Assembly: GCA_973895155.1 (NCBI GenBank)
Contig: OZ316893.1
Location: 17,676,770 to 17,740,769 of the forward strand
Source of the DNA: Marsupella aquatica
Taxonomy: Eukaryota > Plantae > Marchantiophyta
Length of the DNA: 64,000 nucleotides
Direction: 5' to 3'
The position numbers and the translations under genes were made by a program. Each line of letters starts with the position of its first letter. The first letter of the stretch is position 1. This document shows, piece by piece, positions 62,363 to 64,000 of this stretch. The notes under the pieces were generated by a model, which worked only from the letters and a program-made list of their open reading frames with translations, had not been told where the DNA came from and did not search any database.

Positions 62363-64000
62363 GAAAAAACACCGTGCCATACATGTTTGTCGTGCAAATG
62401 TCAAGTAATTTATTAATCACAAACTTGTACAAAATTTTGTCCATGTTACTAAATCTGAACCAAAACTACCATGTGAGGATAAATGATTCTAAACTAAACC
62501 TAAACCAACATGGCGGCCAACCAACCGCTTCCTAAAATGGACCCTAAACCCTAAATGATCAAATATCATCACTATGAAGCCCGTACCCACTATCGGGATT
62601 ATTGCTCTCCCAACCCGCTACATTGTCACACCACAACAATGTGTTTAGCCTGTTCTCCACCCATAGCTTGACCCTTCCAAGCTCATCCTCATTAAAGAAA
62701 TTGTCATACAGATCCCTCTCATATCTCTCCGTCCTCCACACATAATATGCCACCCAAGACTTTAATGATATAGGTGACATCATGGCAAGGGCATCAATAG
62801 GAAGAATTTGATGCAATAGGACTTGGAATGTGGACACGGTTGAGTGTCGAGTCCAATATCAATCTTCAAATATGCTTTCCACAATGTCCAGCAACACTTT
62901 TATGGCTGCCCATCCCTTTGAGCGAGTCATTAGGAATCTCCATTACTTTTCCTACTAACTCTCAACAATACACCCATGTTGTTGATTGTGTTGAATGTAG
63001 CATCATCATCTCTGCCATGAGCATTTGCACATTCAAATTTGTTTCAAAGTAGAGGCCAAATGTGTCCCTCCATCAGATCATCCGGGAGGCCGGGGATGAG
63101 ACTCTACTTTTGGGCTTCCTGACTGCGCAATGGATAACGTATAGGCTCCCAACCAGAACTCCATATTGACAACTTATCAGAAAGAGCTATCAATTTTAGC
63201 TCAGTAATGGTCATCCTAAACTTCTCAAGCCGTGCAGTGCACTTCTCATGATAACACCTTTGTGCATTGGATCCTTCCATGTTGAACAAGAGAACAGAGT
63301 CAAGTGGAGACCTCCATGATAATGCAACCAAAGAGTAAATAGTGATATATATGGATGATTGACCTCACACATTTTGCCCAAAACTTATGGTTTTATTGCT
63401 AGGAGCAGATGAACTAAAAAAAATGTCTAAATATTATGGGATGAGGTGTTCGACATATTACAGGGTCTTCTATATGTTCTCCATCTCAAAGAGGATCTCT
63501 GAGATTTTGCGGATTGTGCCCGCCAACACAATAGACTTATCTCAGAGACTCTTGCCGACTTCACGAGGACAAAAGTGATGGTAAACAACCTCTCCAAGAC
63601 ACATCTTAGAGACTCTCGCCAACATGAGAAGGACAATTGTGTATTGCTATGTATGTCAAAGAGGTCACCAACATAACAAGAACACAACATTGAGATTCCG
63701 CTCAAATAACGTCAAAACTTTTACTGTTCAAAATTTATCGTACAAAATTGTTCTAATTGTTCTATTATGCTAAAATTATAACAAGATACACTACATCAAT
63801 CTCATGCAGGCTGGTATTTGACATGACATTCAATGTGGGCAAACAACTTTCACATTGGTGCTCAGTCAATTCGGCTAAAAATTGTCACAATTAACATGAA
63901 GACTATTATCAAGTTTTTCTTGAACCTATTCAATATACCAATTATGAACACGAGTCCCTTTCCAAGACTCTACTCGCGCTTTCTCAACACCATATATCAA

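Larger units (their letters stand above)
60101..64000 (+). mobile_element. Large relative of the MULE-MITE family (left TIR at 60101) with internal tandem arrays; right end not seen
   Basis: GAGATAGGTAACATCATCAGTTATCAGTG matches the MITE termini; internal repeats at 62035-62362 share ATCTC.GAGA(A)GGCCGCCAAG with the MITE subterminal region. Confidence 0.5.

Noticed and set aside
62490-62555. Telomere-like CCCTAAA repeats
   Set aside because: Only two adjacent units; not an interstitial telomere array.

Overview
Eukaryotic, TE-dense window from a seed-free land plant, most likely a bryophyte such as a liverwort (inferred from the TE families). It holds one intact host gene, a 4-exon NIN-like protein (NLP; GAF-like, RWP-RK and PB1 domains) on the minus strand at 40.6-46.5 kb. 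The rest is largely nested mobile DNA. (i) A Mutator-like (MULE) element at 1-7.6 kb encodes a GCM-like/DDE/SWIM transposase and a divergently transcribed, intron-containing gene with a ParB/Sulfiredoxin-type DGNHR motif; its non-coding parts carry repeated AGCGCC-N-GGCGCT palindromes. (ii) An L1-type LINE is interrupted by two DNA-transposon insertions. (iii) A young, structurally complete Ty1/copia element (421-bp LTRs identical by eye, GCCAT TSD) has gag and pol separated by a single in-frame UGA that is conserved in a second copy; it sits in a MULE-MITE that itself sits in a Gypsy LTR. (iv) Two further copia relatives, Gypsy remnants and a degenerate Replitron (HUH endonuclease transposon) are also present. 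The best candidate for an undescribed system is the MULE with its ParB-like protein and palindromic sites. All calls come from reading motifs by eye; no database searches were run.
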